This document shows, in pieces, positions 26,271 through 38,223 of a stretch of DNA of 63,437 nucleotides. The translations under genes and the position numbers were made by a program. Positions within the stretch are counted from its first letter, which is position 1. Each line of letters starts with the position of its first letter. Below the pieces are notes generated by a model. It saw only the letters and a program-made list of their open reading frames with translations, was not told the origin of the DNA and did no database searches. This stretch comes from Dimargaris cristalligena (Eukaryota), in NCBI GenBank assembly GCA_003614675.1, contig ML002235.1, positions 1 to 63,437 on the forward strand, written 5' to 3'.

Positions 26271-27630
26271 TTACATGAAATCATCAAAGTCATCGTAGTT
26301 ATTGCTGTAGTCAGTGGTATCCAGCTGCGTTGATTTGGCGGGGGCGGCCTGGACCTTAGCGGCGGGCTTCTTCGTCTTCTTCTTGCCCTTGGCAGCATCA
26401 CGGGCGGCCTTTTGCTTATCATTAGCCAGGCTCGAAAGCGAGCTGGCGGCCTTGCGGACGTCCATATCGGACATGGGCACGCAGATGTCACGGGCGAAGG
26501 AGTCAACGAAGGTGGAGTAGTACCGTTGGTTCTGTTATTTTTAAACGAAATATATATATATATATATATGGGTTATTTGGTGAGTACGGGGTTAGTCCGG
26601 CTATTGGGATCAGCTCATATGAAAACCGCTGTAATCGTAATCGCATCATATACTACATCCCAAATGCCTCAGTTAAGTGACCCCAACTAAGGAGTGGGAG
26701 TTTGTAGGCGGGAGATTAGAGTCCAAGATATACGATTTCCTTACCTGGTACGAGGTGATCCGCTCCACCAACAGCTTGCGGAACTGATCAAAGTCGTCCT
26801 TAGTTCTCGGGTTCAGGGAGGCCAAATCATCGCGGAACTTCTGGTCCTTGATGGTCATGCCGGAGAACAAATCGGCGGCATTTTCCGCATCGGCGTTGAG
26901 CTCCCGGTTCCGTTCGGCCTGACGCCGGGCCACGATGTCCTCTTCGTCCAGCTCCGCATCACCCTCGACTTCCAGGCCCTGGGCCTTACGCTGGGCCCGC
27001 TCTTCCAACTGCTTCTGGCGTTCGGCGTTTTTTTCGGCGATCTTTTGGGCCACGGTGATGCGCTTCTTGGTGGGAGCAGTCGGGGCGGCCGAGCCATCGT
27101 CGACGTCGGAGTCGGAATCATCGGAATCTTCCCACGATTCCTATAGTATATGGGACATTGTAATGGGGGAGGGAGAGGGTAGAAAATTGGCACATGTCGG
27201 TTATTAGTCGCTGCTATTACGGATGTGGAATAAGTAGTCAAGGGGGAGTATGGCTGAGCGGGAAAGGTGAAAAGAGATATCCTACGGTTTGCTTAGAGGT
27301 GGGCATTGGTAACTTCGGGCAGAGGGAGAGTGATAAAACTTACCTTGATTTCAGTATCTTCGGCATCCTCGTCGTCCCAGGTCTTCTTGGTGGGGACAAC
27401 CACCACGGGAGTGTCGTCAAAATCTTGGGTTTCTGGTTATCGGTAAAAGTCACGGGCAAGCGTAATGTAGAGGGGGTGGGGAATAAGGGGGATAGGGATT
27501 CGTTAGTAGGGAGGGAATCGGGCTTGGCTGTGCGGAAGAGAACCCCTCTCTCTACCAGGGGTTTTTATACTTCCCGGGCAGTCTCGGGTATAGCGGAGTG
27601 TATAGATCAACACTTACCCCAGTCCGACAT
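26271..27630 (-). CDS. HCR1: Translation initiation factor eIF3 subunit J; exons 27618-27630, 27344-27432, 26745-27140, 26271-26531
   Basis: MSDWE, WDDED, ESWED acidic N-terminus, ADAENAADLF, NPRTKDDFDQF, C-terminal YDDFDDFM. Confidence 0.92.
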
Positions 27631-28781
27631 TGTGTATTATTTTAGAAATAGGAGGAGAAGGAGGAGTAGTATAGTAACTGAAAACGCAAACAACTCGAGA
27701 ATGGCAGGAGAATGGGATGAGCACGATAGGCGCAATATGAGATGAGGCGAACGAAGGAGATTATTAAAGAAACGACTGGCCGGCGGGAATGGGCGGCTAG
27801 ATCCTTTCTTCTCTTTGACAACTATCCACACCACCAACCTAATCTCCCATCGATTCAGTGGTGGATTTTTCTGCCTTTTCCCTTCCCTAAAGTCAACGAT
27901 GTGCCTAATTGTGCAGGAGAAGGGGGATGCGATGAAACACCTTTTATCCAAGCCAGCCGCCATTGTGACGAAGAGGTTGGCGAATCTAGCTTAACGATTA
28001 ATATGCGAATAGATTCAGCCTGGGAGAATGCGGTCACGTGATGGCTGTGCAGCTGGCATGAGCTGAATTACACCTGGCAGTAATAGTCATATTGTCAGGT
28101 TGGTCAACCGGTTGCTCCGAATCCTTAGGTACACTAGGCCAGGAAGGCTCTTCATCTATAGCTTAACGAGGAATACAAAGAGAACACATCCGTCTGTAAG
28201 CTCTTTTCGTAGACCGTGCAGTTCGAATAGTTAATTGTTAAATGCTGGTGAATATACCCCGATAGCCCGCCATTCATTTCCAAGGCCTACAATTAATTAC
28301 ACTGCTTAGTAGATTACCGCCCTTTTGATGATGCCATTCCAATCGGAAATGCCGGCTAATCATTGAATTAAACCTATTGCTAATGCTGCGGAACCATTAA
28401 TAAGCCAAACCGCCCCACTTAAATTATTAGTGAGAGAGAGACAGAGAGAGAACTTTGACAGCTCCAGAGTTCTAGAACAACTAACCAAATGGAAGACAGT
28501 TACGCGGCTAAAAGCTGTGCGTGTGTGTGTAGCTAGTTATTATTGCTCTCCTCTTCCCCCCACCCATTTTGATCATGCTTCCCCCCTACCTCTTTTCCCC
28601 CACCCCAGCTGCCTGGGTTTGTACCCTGTGTATAAACGTCCTAATAGCACAACCACTTCCTCAGTCTGACATTCTATTACCCTAACCTTCTATTCTATTC
28701 TTTTATTTTACGTTGCCCTATACACCCCCTTCAGCCAATTCCCCCTTCTCTTCCCCACTTCTCTGCTCGTCCACTTGAATC

Positions 28782-29021
28782 ATGGGTGCCTCGCAAAGCA
28801 AATCGACTACCCCGGCCACCCCTCTGGCTACCCCCTCCGTGGTTTCCCCCTCTACCGAACCCAAGCCGGACGGCCCTCCCGCCGGTCTCAAACCCTGCTG
28901 CGCCTGCCCCGAAACTAAGAAGGCCCGCGATGAATGTGTCCTCATGAAGGGCGAAGAAAACTGCCAGGACCTGATAGAAAAACACAAGCAGTGCCTGCGG
29001 GACCTTGGCTTCAAAATTTAA
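28782..29021 (+). CDS. COX17: Mitochondrial copper chaperone Cox17
   Basis: [17 protein letters not shown]...[23 protein letters not shown] copper site plus twin CX9C. Confidence 0.96.
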   Translation: MGASQSKSTTPATPLATPSVVSPSTEPKPDGPPAGLKPCCACPETKKARDECVLMKGEENCQDLIEKHKQCLRDLGFKI

Positions 29022-29894
29022 TTATTTATCCCACCGCCCGGTATATTATATCCCTTGACCTCTCTGTCCCCAACCAACCCTCAAATTACTGCCGCCTGTA
29101 TCACACGCATAAATAGATATGTGCTGTAGATGCGATTGAGGGCCTCCGAGGCCACCGATTAGTCATACTTATTACTTAAAACTATATGGTAATATCCCAT
29201 GTTTCATCCATTGTGAATAAATGATAGAGTTCTTTGTTTAAAATAATAATAATAATACTTCGGATACAGCTACTGATAATAGTGCCCCGCGATTCTGAGC
29301 AATGTTGAAATACTCAGGGTTCAAATAACCGCAATGTCTCTCTGGTTTTATGCCGCGTGGCTAGTGTCAACCAGTATATGGCCACCCAGATAAAATATAA
29401 TGTGTAGAATTTAGAAGTACATTAAAAACAGCGCAATAGATGAGGAGGTGTATGGGTCTTGGTAATGGGATATAAACGGAGATGGATGGAGTGGTGGGTG
29501 CATATAGTATGGGTACAGCTAAAGAGAGGCATAAACGGGGACTGGGCCATATGAAGAACAGCGGATCCATTTACAAAACGGAGTTCCGGAAAGTCCGCAG
29601 GTCGGAGTCGAAGAAATACTGGACTCGTCCGCCTTATGGACCGGGGGGGGGGTAGGTTAATATATGGGAAGTAGGTGGTAATCGTACTGGGTTCAAAATG
29701 GCTCCCTCGCATAACAATCATTTGGCTTCCAGGTCTATTTTTTCTTTTATACATAGCTAGTCATTCGGTTTTGAACAACCATCTGATATCAGGCGGTTTA
29801 GGCACTTCCTAATGGCGGGAGAAGACTGGGGGGATAGGCCTGGCAGAGAGGGGGAGGTAGACGTGTAACGCATATGATTTGGAGAGGGTATCCA

Positions 29895-31943
29895 TTAACG
29901 GCGGTCGGGGGAGTCTTCCAAGTCCGCCACAACAGCAATCAATACTGTAATGTCGTCGGGTTTACCCCCTTGGTGGTAGAAGCCCTCTTGCATCGCCCGG
30001 TTCTGAAACGGGCTGGTGGTGAATCGACTCTCTTCGCTGACCGACTTGGCCCGCCGGGCAATGGCCTCGCTAATCAGACCGGGATTGATGTGACTAAGCG
30101 AGTCCAGCCGTCGCAGGGACCCCGCAGCGGTGGCCGATGGTGATTCTGAAGTCGGGGCGGGGGCCGGTAATACCGGGTCGGCCCGGTTGGCGTCGAGTAA
30201 CGAAGGTTTAAGAAAGGCGAGGGTGCGGGAAACGGGGCCAGCCGGCGCATCGGCGGACGGCGGTAGCGTGGGTGGGGAGGGCGTAGCAGGAGTGGTCGGT
30301 TGGGGTACGTAGCGTTGGATCTCCTCCAAAATATCCTCGTCGAACAAATTATCAAAGAGCCCATCGCTGCCCACCAGGATGATGTCCCCCCGCTGGACCT
30401 TGAAGGCAAAGACTTGCGCGTCTTCCGGCCGGTCCGCACACCCCGTGCCAATCTGGTAGGGGAAGTTGAAGGAGTGTTGCTGCTCCTCGGTACGGAAAAC
30501 GAATTCCCCCCGGCGGACTACGGCCAGACCACAGTCCCCTAGGTTAGCGACCCGCAGCTCATCGTCCCGGAGAATGGCCAGACAAGCGGTACTCGAGCCC
30601 CGAATTCCCTGTATATATTTACAACCGCCGTATAAGAGGGCAAAGTAAACAAAGTTTGGCAGCAGATATATAGCAGTCCCATGGTACAGAGTAGAGATGG
30701 ATAGGTGAGAAAATGTAAGAAAGCAGGCACGGTAGAATAGGGTATGGTCTAATATGTACGCGTCATCCGACTGTGATGCTTTGGGCGACAACAATAGCCC
30801 CGCAGGTTCTCGGGCTTCTAGCCAGCTGGTGGCGACCCACTCCCGTTCATTTTGAGCCAAGGAAAAGCACCCGCTTTCCCAGTCGGGACCTATTCCGATA
30901 GGGTGCACATGGGTCTGCCATGCTACCGCTCTTGCCTTATTCAGTATCGACTACTAGGATACCGGATGCGGGACAAGAATCCGCGTACCCAGGGTAAGTG
31001 GGAGAACCCAGCGGTGGCTCAGAGTAGATGCGGGGCGTTCTGCATAGAGAACCGTGGGCCATGATTCCCAGCCATCCACCCACGGAAAATAGAGCGGCAT
31101 GTGGGGAAAGGGGAAGCCTTCGGTCTAAGCACTTACCTCAACGTAGGCGTCCTCCAGGACCTGGGTATAACTCTTTCGCAAAATATCGACGGGGTTGATA
31201 TCGTAGTAGTGTACGAACTCGTAGTCTTCGATGTTTTCGTATTTTTCCACTTCAATGTAGGAGTAGTGCATGAGCTTCCGCGAAAAGAGGGCGGGGTTGG
31301 CGTTCTTGACTCCCTCCCAGCCCCCTACCCCGTCGGCCACTCCCAAGGAGTCATGCCGGCAAAAGTAGGCATCTTCGCCACAGCCAACGCTAAGAAAGTC
31401 CGGCTCGGCCGGGCCACCCCCTCCCGCACCATTACCGGTGCCGTTGCCGGGAGCGGGGGTGGATGACGCGGCCCGCCGCTTGGCGGAACGTTTGGGAATA
31501 CCGCACGCCCCGTGACTGAATTGGTACGACGGATGGCTATCCGAGACGGCGCCGGTACCGGCCTGGCCGGTTCCCGTACTATCCGTACCCGGGCCAAGGT
31601 GGTCTGATACGGCGTGGAGAAGTTCCGACGAATGCTTTAGGACCATGCCCGTATGGTAGTAGTAGCGGGAGTCGTTATTGAGCGAGACGCTGTCATCGGA
31701 GGCGGCGGGCACGGGGGGTTTCAGCAGACGGGGGGTGACTGACGCCCAGGGACTCCCACGACCGGACGACGACGACGAAGGGCCCCCTACAACGTGTCCA
31801 TAGTGGGGAGTAGCTAGGGTGCTCAGGTTGGGGCTGCTGCCGAGCCGGTGGGGGGGTCGGACCGGTGGGCCACGGCGACCGAACCAGGTCCATTGGTGTA
31901 GGGAGCGACGGGAAGTTTGGGCAGCACGACCAAACGGGCGCAT
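29895..31943 (-). CDS. PTC7: PP2C-family phosphatase Ptc7/PPTC7; exons 31137-31943, 29895-30608 (about 506 aa)
   Basis: R-rich mitochondrial presequence; GEDAYF, GVADGVGGW, GSSTAC, ANLGDCG, EQQHSFNFPYQ, SDGLFDNLFD, GGKPDDITV. Confidence 0.92.
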
Positions 31944-34564
31944 GAGTGGATTCTAATCAAGGAAGGCCGGTGTGGTTTGAGAGAGAGGCCGGTGGGATAG
32001 GGAAACGGTGAAGGGGGAAATGAGGGAGGATTAAGGCGAGGCAGACGGGACGGAATATTCCAAACTATGGATTAGCAGTGAGGGGTATAGTTGGAATTAG
32101 GGAGAGAGAGAGAGAGAATAGACGAAGTTAGGGTATGTGCAAGTAAGCCAAGGATAATCAAGCAAACAAGGGAAATGGGCGAGTGAAGCAGAGAAGAGAG
32201 CAAGATAAGGTAAGGTGAAACGGTCACGCTGACTCAGGGAGAGAGAGATTCCTTTACTGCCAATAACCAACGGTAGAATAGGAAAGCGCAACCAAATTGA
32301 GAAAACGAAGAAGGAATGGAGAGGCGCGGAGTTGCAGGCAGTGGGAGGAGGAGGCCTTGGGTGTGTCGTGTTTGAATATTGACCACCATAGTATGCTGGA
32401 GAAAGAAAAGATATAGGCGCTGGTGAAAACCAACCAACGCAGGGACCATGCGCTTGACAATGCCACATAACGCACGGTGGAGTAGAGTTCTTGGCCGATT
32501 TGGGGATTGTTGGGGCCATTTGGAGGCGGGTAGTATAGAACTGGAAAGTGGCTAGATTATAGAAAACAATACCCATTAGTTTCCTATTTATTACCTGGTT
32601 AATTTATAGGGGTGTTTATATAACCAATTAATTGATAATGCGGGGTTTTTAGGGGGAAAGTGGTGCCTATTTCAAAACTGAAGGTGTAGTCTGTACATAA
32701 GTACTATTAGTATATGCATGTCTTTTCCCCTCCCGCACCAGCTGCTCAACTAGTCCCTCCAGGGTCTAGGAATAAGGGGCACGTGAGCCCATTGGTACAT
32801 TCGCCAGGGATTGGTGCAATCTTGGTTTTTAGGGTCATGCGGAGAGCCTCCCTCGGCGGCTATCGGAATCCCATTTGCCCACACTCGTGTAGATAGAGAT
32901 ATAGATTAACGTGATAATGCCACGCCCATTCAACCCACACCGCTACTACTGACTGGACTGCCTCCAACACAACTCGTCCAGCCTGTGTGACTGCTTTTAC
33001 GCTTGGATCTTTTCGTCAACGTGTTTTAATGCATACGACGTACTCTCCGTATCTATCAAACCTTTCACATGTTGCCGGATTTTACATCAACAGCGAAACC
33101 CCCCGAATATAAAAATGACTAACAATGAATAAATGTAAATATATACTGTGGGAATGGCCACGGTGATTTTACCCATTTTTACCGGAATATTGCCCAATTG
33201 CTATAACGGCGGCCTGATGGACCACTGAATGATTAAACTGTCCACCTACTCCATCCGCTAAGCGAAGGGCAAGGGAACCGATATCCTTGGCCCATAAACT
33301 GCATTCGGTGCTGTAACCCCTCCCCCCCCGTTTATGATTTTATTCTGGTATATACCACTAATTCTTGTCGAAATACCCGCATTCCTTCCCCTTTTCGTTC
33401 CCTATATCCTCAATAGTCGAAAACCTTCAGTTTCACTGTTTATCATAGTTAAACTATAACTATACAATGCATACATCGCCTTATAGTGAAATGGCCTGTG
33501 GTTTGGGGTTGCTCAGCTATTAGAATTTTGGTACGGCGAAAATTATCCGAAATAAAGCCCATCGATTTCCACTAATTTATCCAAGGCGCATGTTAAATTC
33601 ACTTAGACCTATATTCGAAATAAACAGGTTAGGGCGTCTAAATAACCCGTTCTACAAGTATGTGGCTTCCAGCTATTTCTCGTATCACACTTAGCTTTTT
33701 ATACTCTTACTCACTCATCTACCGATAGTGGGATTGGTATGCTTCCATATGGACACTATGTAAGATGGACTCACATAAACCGTAACTACAATATCTGGTA
33801 TTTTGGTAGAGAATGGTTGGTAATACCAATGCATACTTATTATGGTAGATTTGATAATCACCCAGTGCCTATAGATATAGTCCTAGACAGGTGTTGAATT
33901 CTGGTAAGGATTTTGGCTACTATACCCCTAACATCCACCCCTTTTTTATGTCCCGAGAGCGGTGGTTCTTCAATAGGAGGGACAGTTGGCCGTGTCTGTA
34001 GGTTTTTGGGGGTATTGGGACCGTTCTTTGCAAGGAAAATTGGACCCGCATGGGGGGTATTATTTTGGGTAGTTTAGGAGGTTGGGAATGGCTGCGGTAT
34101 TCGATGAATCCTCCATGAATAACTTCCACGATTGGGTGCATCTTCCAAGAATAAAACTATGCCCGTTTTTTTAGCCCTGTATATACCATTAATCCAAAAA
34201 AAAGTCATATTAAAGGACTATAGGTAGTACACTATACCCATCCTGTGTTAGTCAATGGTTATCACAAATAGCCCCCTTTTGTTATGTACCCAAAGTAGTG
34301 GTACCAGAGCCAACAAGCTATCCTATGAACAGCCCTTGTTACTTGTTCCATTGAAAAATTCAGTTGCATTTTTCTTTAGTTTCAATGGGTGATAGGTTGG
34401 GTGGGCTATGGCAATAGGGAACATGTTATTTAAAGCACAATAGATGTGTATATAAAAATGGGGAATAGATATGGTAGTGGGAAGGATGTGTAGTACACAG
34501 CCCCTCTGTTTAGTGATTCCCAATGTACCCCATTGAGGCCACATTATAAATTACTGCCACAGTT

Positions 34565-35111
34565 TGTCACCCAGGTTAACCACTCTCAGTCCATCAAGAG
34601 TCCCAAGGATAGGCTTCTAATAGTAGGTAGGGTTTAGACTTAGCCAAGCAGGCTACTAGCATTAGGTACAGGGTACAGTACTAACTAATAAAGGTTTAGC
34701 AGTAGGTATAAATTAGGGATATACAGTAGGTACACTTATTAGTCAATCTAAGGGGAGTGAGTATATATAGGGTTTATTAGGGGTAAACTAAGGGGTAAGA
34801 ATAAGCTGAGGAATTTAATTAGTCTCAATGGGGCCTAGTTATATATATATATATATATATATAGGTGAGTCTAGAGGGAGGTCCCAAGGGAAGGATAGTA
34901 CTAAGACTAAGGTATAGGTAAATAAGCCAACCAGTTGGCTACTAGTATCTAGAAGACTCTGATAGTAACTAGATGAGTCTAATGGATCAGCATTTGAGTG
35001 GTTAGTATGAACAGGCAGAGTCTGGGTGGGGGAAGGTTATGTGATAAGGGATGATCCCATAGTACCAGTAGTAACTATGGGAAAGCTAATATGGAACTAT
35101 AAGGCCTAATA
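34565..35111 (-). mobile_element. Decayed solo LTR, copy A
   Basis: Colinear along its full length with 41421-41945. Plus-strand ends TGTCACCCA...GGCCTAATA. On the minus strand a (TA)n TATA region (34840-34863) precedes AATAAA (34773-34778). Flanks CAGTT/TGGTC fit a deaminated CGGTC TSD. No CpG. Confidence 0.72.
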
Positions 35112-36317
35112 TGGTCAGAGTTCTAAGCTGGCTAGATGAAGGTAGATTAGATAGCCTGATACCTCTAAACCCTAATACCAGCCCCATTAGCCATATGTAC
35201 TTATCAAGTTATTCTGACTCCACTGGTAGTACCACTCTCATTTAGTACTAACCCAATAGATATTCCCTAATATAAATAGTCTTTCCATATTAATTTTTTA
35301 ACATAATTCCTTAAAATTAAGGTCACTAACATTGGTATAGAGTCAGAAGGTGAAAGTCAATATAAAGTGAATTTATATAAAATAGTTGGTCAGTCCTTCA
35401 TTGGAATGGATCCCTAGTAAATATAATAGTCATAAATAAATACTTACATAAAGTAACACCTAAAATGTATGTTTTATAGAACAAGCTGGATTTTGTATTT
35501 GACTCTTTTTTCTACTAGTTGCTGAAAATAACTGAAATCATCCGCCAACATATGATACTGCGCCATTGAATGGGACTACGTGTGTAAAAATATCACAATA
35601 ACCGGCTATACCTGAAACACATGGGGAATGTATAATATATCTTTAAAACAGGAATCGAGTACCCTCAAGTATATCTTAACGGAAATAGCCGTTCACTGTT
35701 ACTCAGTGAGGATACGGTTATTAAGAACCAGCAACAAGGTAATCGTCGGCAAATGGAGGCCTGGTATTCAGATGGCAAACATGCACAGCAGTAATGGAAA
35801 ATATATAATAATTTATTTGGATTTTGGATTTATAATGCCTACTTTTAGTATGGATCCAAGATTTAAGTACTCAAAGTTGAAATAATAAACGTCAGAGTAG
35901 GCTGCATCATTTGCCCAGAAAAACCAATTGGTTTCTGATGTACCAAGCATATTCCGTGGCAAATAAAAGACAATAATATAGCGGTGAATTATATGTAGTA
36001 CACAGTAGACTTATTGCGTCGTTAAAAAAAAAGGAAAAATAAAAATAAAATGCTGTATCAAACCATTGCGTCTGCACACTGATATTCAGCTGCACTGGAA
36101 GTCCTTTCAGTGTCACATGAGCTTTGCTACCAATCCTATATCTAATATAAAGAATGCGGTAAGGTAAATAAATCCTACCGACTGTAGAGAAATTGAAAAC
36201 CGAATATAAATGCAATTCATCGATAGAGAGAAACTAGGGTCCCCCAGCTTCCTCGTTTTTGGGGGGTTTCTAATTCAGATCTCTGACACCATCTATGTGT
36301 TTGACTTCCCTGATTAT

Positions 36318-37984
36318 TTAAGCGGAATCCAGAGCGGATTGCATAAATCTGGCATTGGGGGTATTGATGAGGATCTCAGGAATGGGCCCAGCCAAGACAC
36401 TATCACTACTCATTACGGAGGGGCGATCACCCAATGTGCCCTTCATAATATCACTATCCACAACAAAGCCCACAGCATTATTGGCTACATCATATCGGAT
36501 TTTGTTACCCAGAGAATCGAAGGGGCACTCCGTAATCTCGGAAAAAAGCGCACTATTATCCGGAGAGGCCCCCAGGGCTGCATTCCATTTCATGGCGTAT
36601 TGTTCCTCGGTATGTCTAAATCCAAATTTCTCGGCACACAGTTGAATCTCGCGAACGAAGCTCGCAGTCTCATCTAATCCATGGTAGAACGGGTAGACTA
36701 AAGGGTTGATGTCATTTTCGACCAGGAGCATGAGGCCCAAGACGGATAGTCTCCATGGAGCCGATGTCCATGTATCCCAGATGGAAGTGAGGTAATGGAC
36801 CATGCTGTCCCATCTATTAACGGAAGCTAGTGTGAAAAGGGTGGCAAGTTGGACCACGTCAGCCTGTTCAGCCGTACACTCGAAACTTTCATGGATACCG
36901 TAGGCAGCATCCGCTGCGTCGAACAAGGTCTGCTTGGCTGGTGCCCAGGCTAGGTTAAACGCCTTCTTGAATGATGCAGAACCGCAGTAGCTCGCCAAGC
37001 GATTCTGGAGTTCCACCACTAGATCGATGTTACCATCGACCGCCAGTCCCAGCATAGGTGACATGGCATACATCTGATCATGGGTCAGTGCCAAAAAGTC
37101 CACCACCTTCCAACGGGTCCCCGCGATCTTTTCGGCATCTACATAGGCCTCTATAGCCAATTTTATTTCGGGTAAGCGCCGATTCTGGTAGGCATCGGAT
37201 ATGTCATCCAGTTTGGAATCAATGTTGTCATCATCATACGAGTCGGCAAAAGGGTAGTAACCGAGGTTGAACTCAAACTTGAATACATCGATCAGAGAGT
37301 GCTTTTGATCTTGACTGAGATTGTCATACTCTAGGGTATAATCACTCACGGTGGGAATTTGAAGTTTCATCTAAACAGGGTTGCCAATCCAGATAAAAAT
37401 ATAAGAAATAGCGGGCAGGGGATTGGATTTAGACGAATACTTGGGCAAAAATGGCTCTTCAATATCGTCGCAGTCTATACCGCGGTGGGAAATGTAGCTA
37501 GCTCTACCATCAATGCATTCCAGAAACAACGGGCGTGGTCACTGGATTTTTGTGACAAGTTGGAAGCTTGGTAATACCACCTAGGTAAACTCGACCCACA
37601 CAGCCTTCTGAAAGAAAGACCGTGCTGTATTATTAGTATGGCCCATATTCCTAACAACTTCCCTCCTCCGCTATCACTTACCATTCTGTTTCGATAATCA
37701 ACACTAAACTGGGCCAGGCTGTTGAATTGGCGCGAAACTGCCAGGAACTCATAGAGGGTGACAGTGTCAGTATGACCTGCGATGGCCTGCAGAGTCTCAA
37801 TAGGGAATATACCAGTTGGTTCTCTAGGGTGGGAAGTGGTTCGGACCATTGGGGGCACCTGCGGTTGGTTTTCTTGGGCGGACAGAGCTTCCTGGTTGTC
37901 GAGTGGGGTGAGCACGGGGCTGGCTGCAATCATGGCCAGCTGAGCCATCCAGAAAAGCGAGAGGGTAGATACGACAATCTTCAT
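36318..37984 (-). CDS. Secreted F-box protein, candidate effector; exons 37682-37984, 36318-37370 (about 451 aa)
   Basis: Signal peptide MKIVVSTLSLFWMAQLAMIAA|SP; F-box IFPIETLQAIAGHTDTVTLYEFLAVSRQFNSLA (aa 59-91); GTAAGT donor at 37681 and TTTAG acceptor at 37371 join the two ORFs in phase 0. Confidence 0.8.
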
Positions 37985-38215
37985 GCTGGATGAATACGAG
38001 TGCGAAATAAGTACTCTATTGGTAGAGGGGAATCGGTCAATGACTTGTAGAAGGGAGGTGTGAAAGATGGAGGGAAGGTGGTATTTTGGAAGAGTTGCTC
38101 AATGTCACTGGAAAACGATACAAAATATAAAGATATTGATTACGAAATTTTCAATAGAAAGGTTCAGGCAATGATAAGCTGTGGAGCGACTATTAGAAAG
38201 TGGACAAGTGGCTTG

Positions 38216-38223
38216 TTTATATA
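38216..38223 (-). promoter_or_regulatory. Putative TATA box of the secreted F-box gene
   Basis: TATATAAA on the minus strand about 230 nt upstream of ATG 37984, followed by a pyrimidine-rich leader. Confidence 0.4.

Noticed and set aside
30609..30908. Open frame extending into the PTC7 intron, reminiscent of yeast PTC7 intron retention
   Set aside because: The 528-nt intron has an in-frame stop just after the donor, so retention truncates the protein; the extension shows no homology.
37475..37681. Extra exon or unspliced 169-aa form of the F-box gene
   Set aside because: Internal acceptors lead to immediate stops; direct splicing to 37370 gives a clean long frame.
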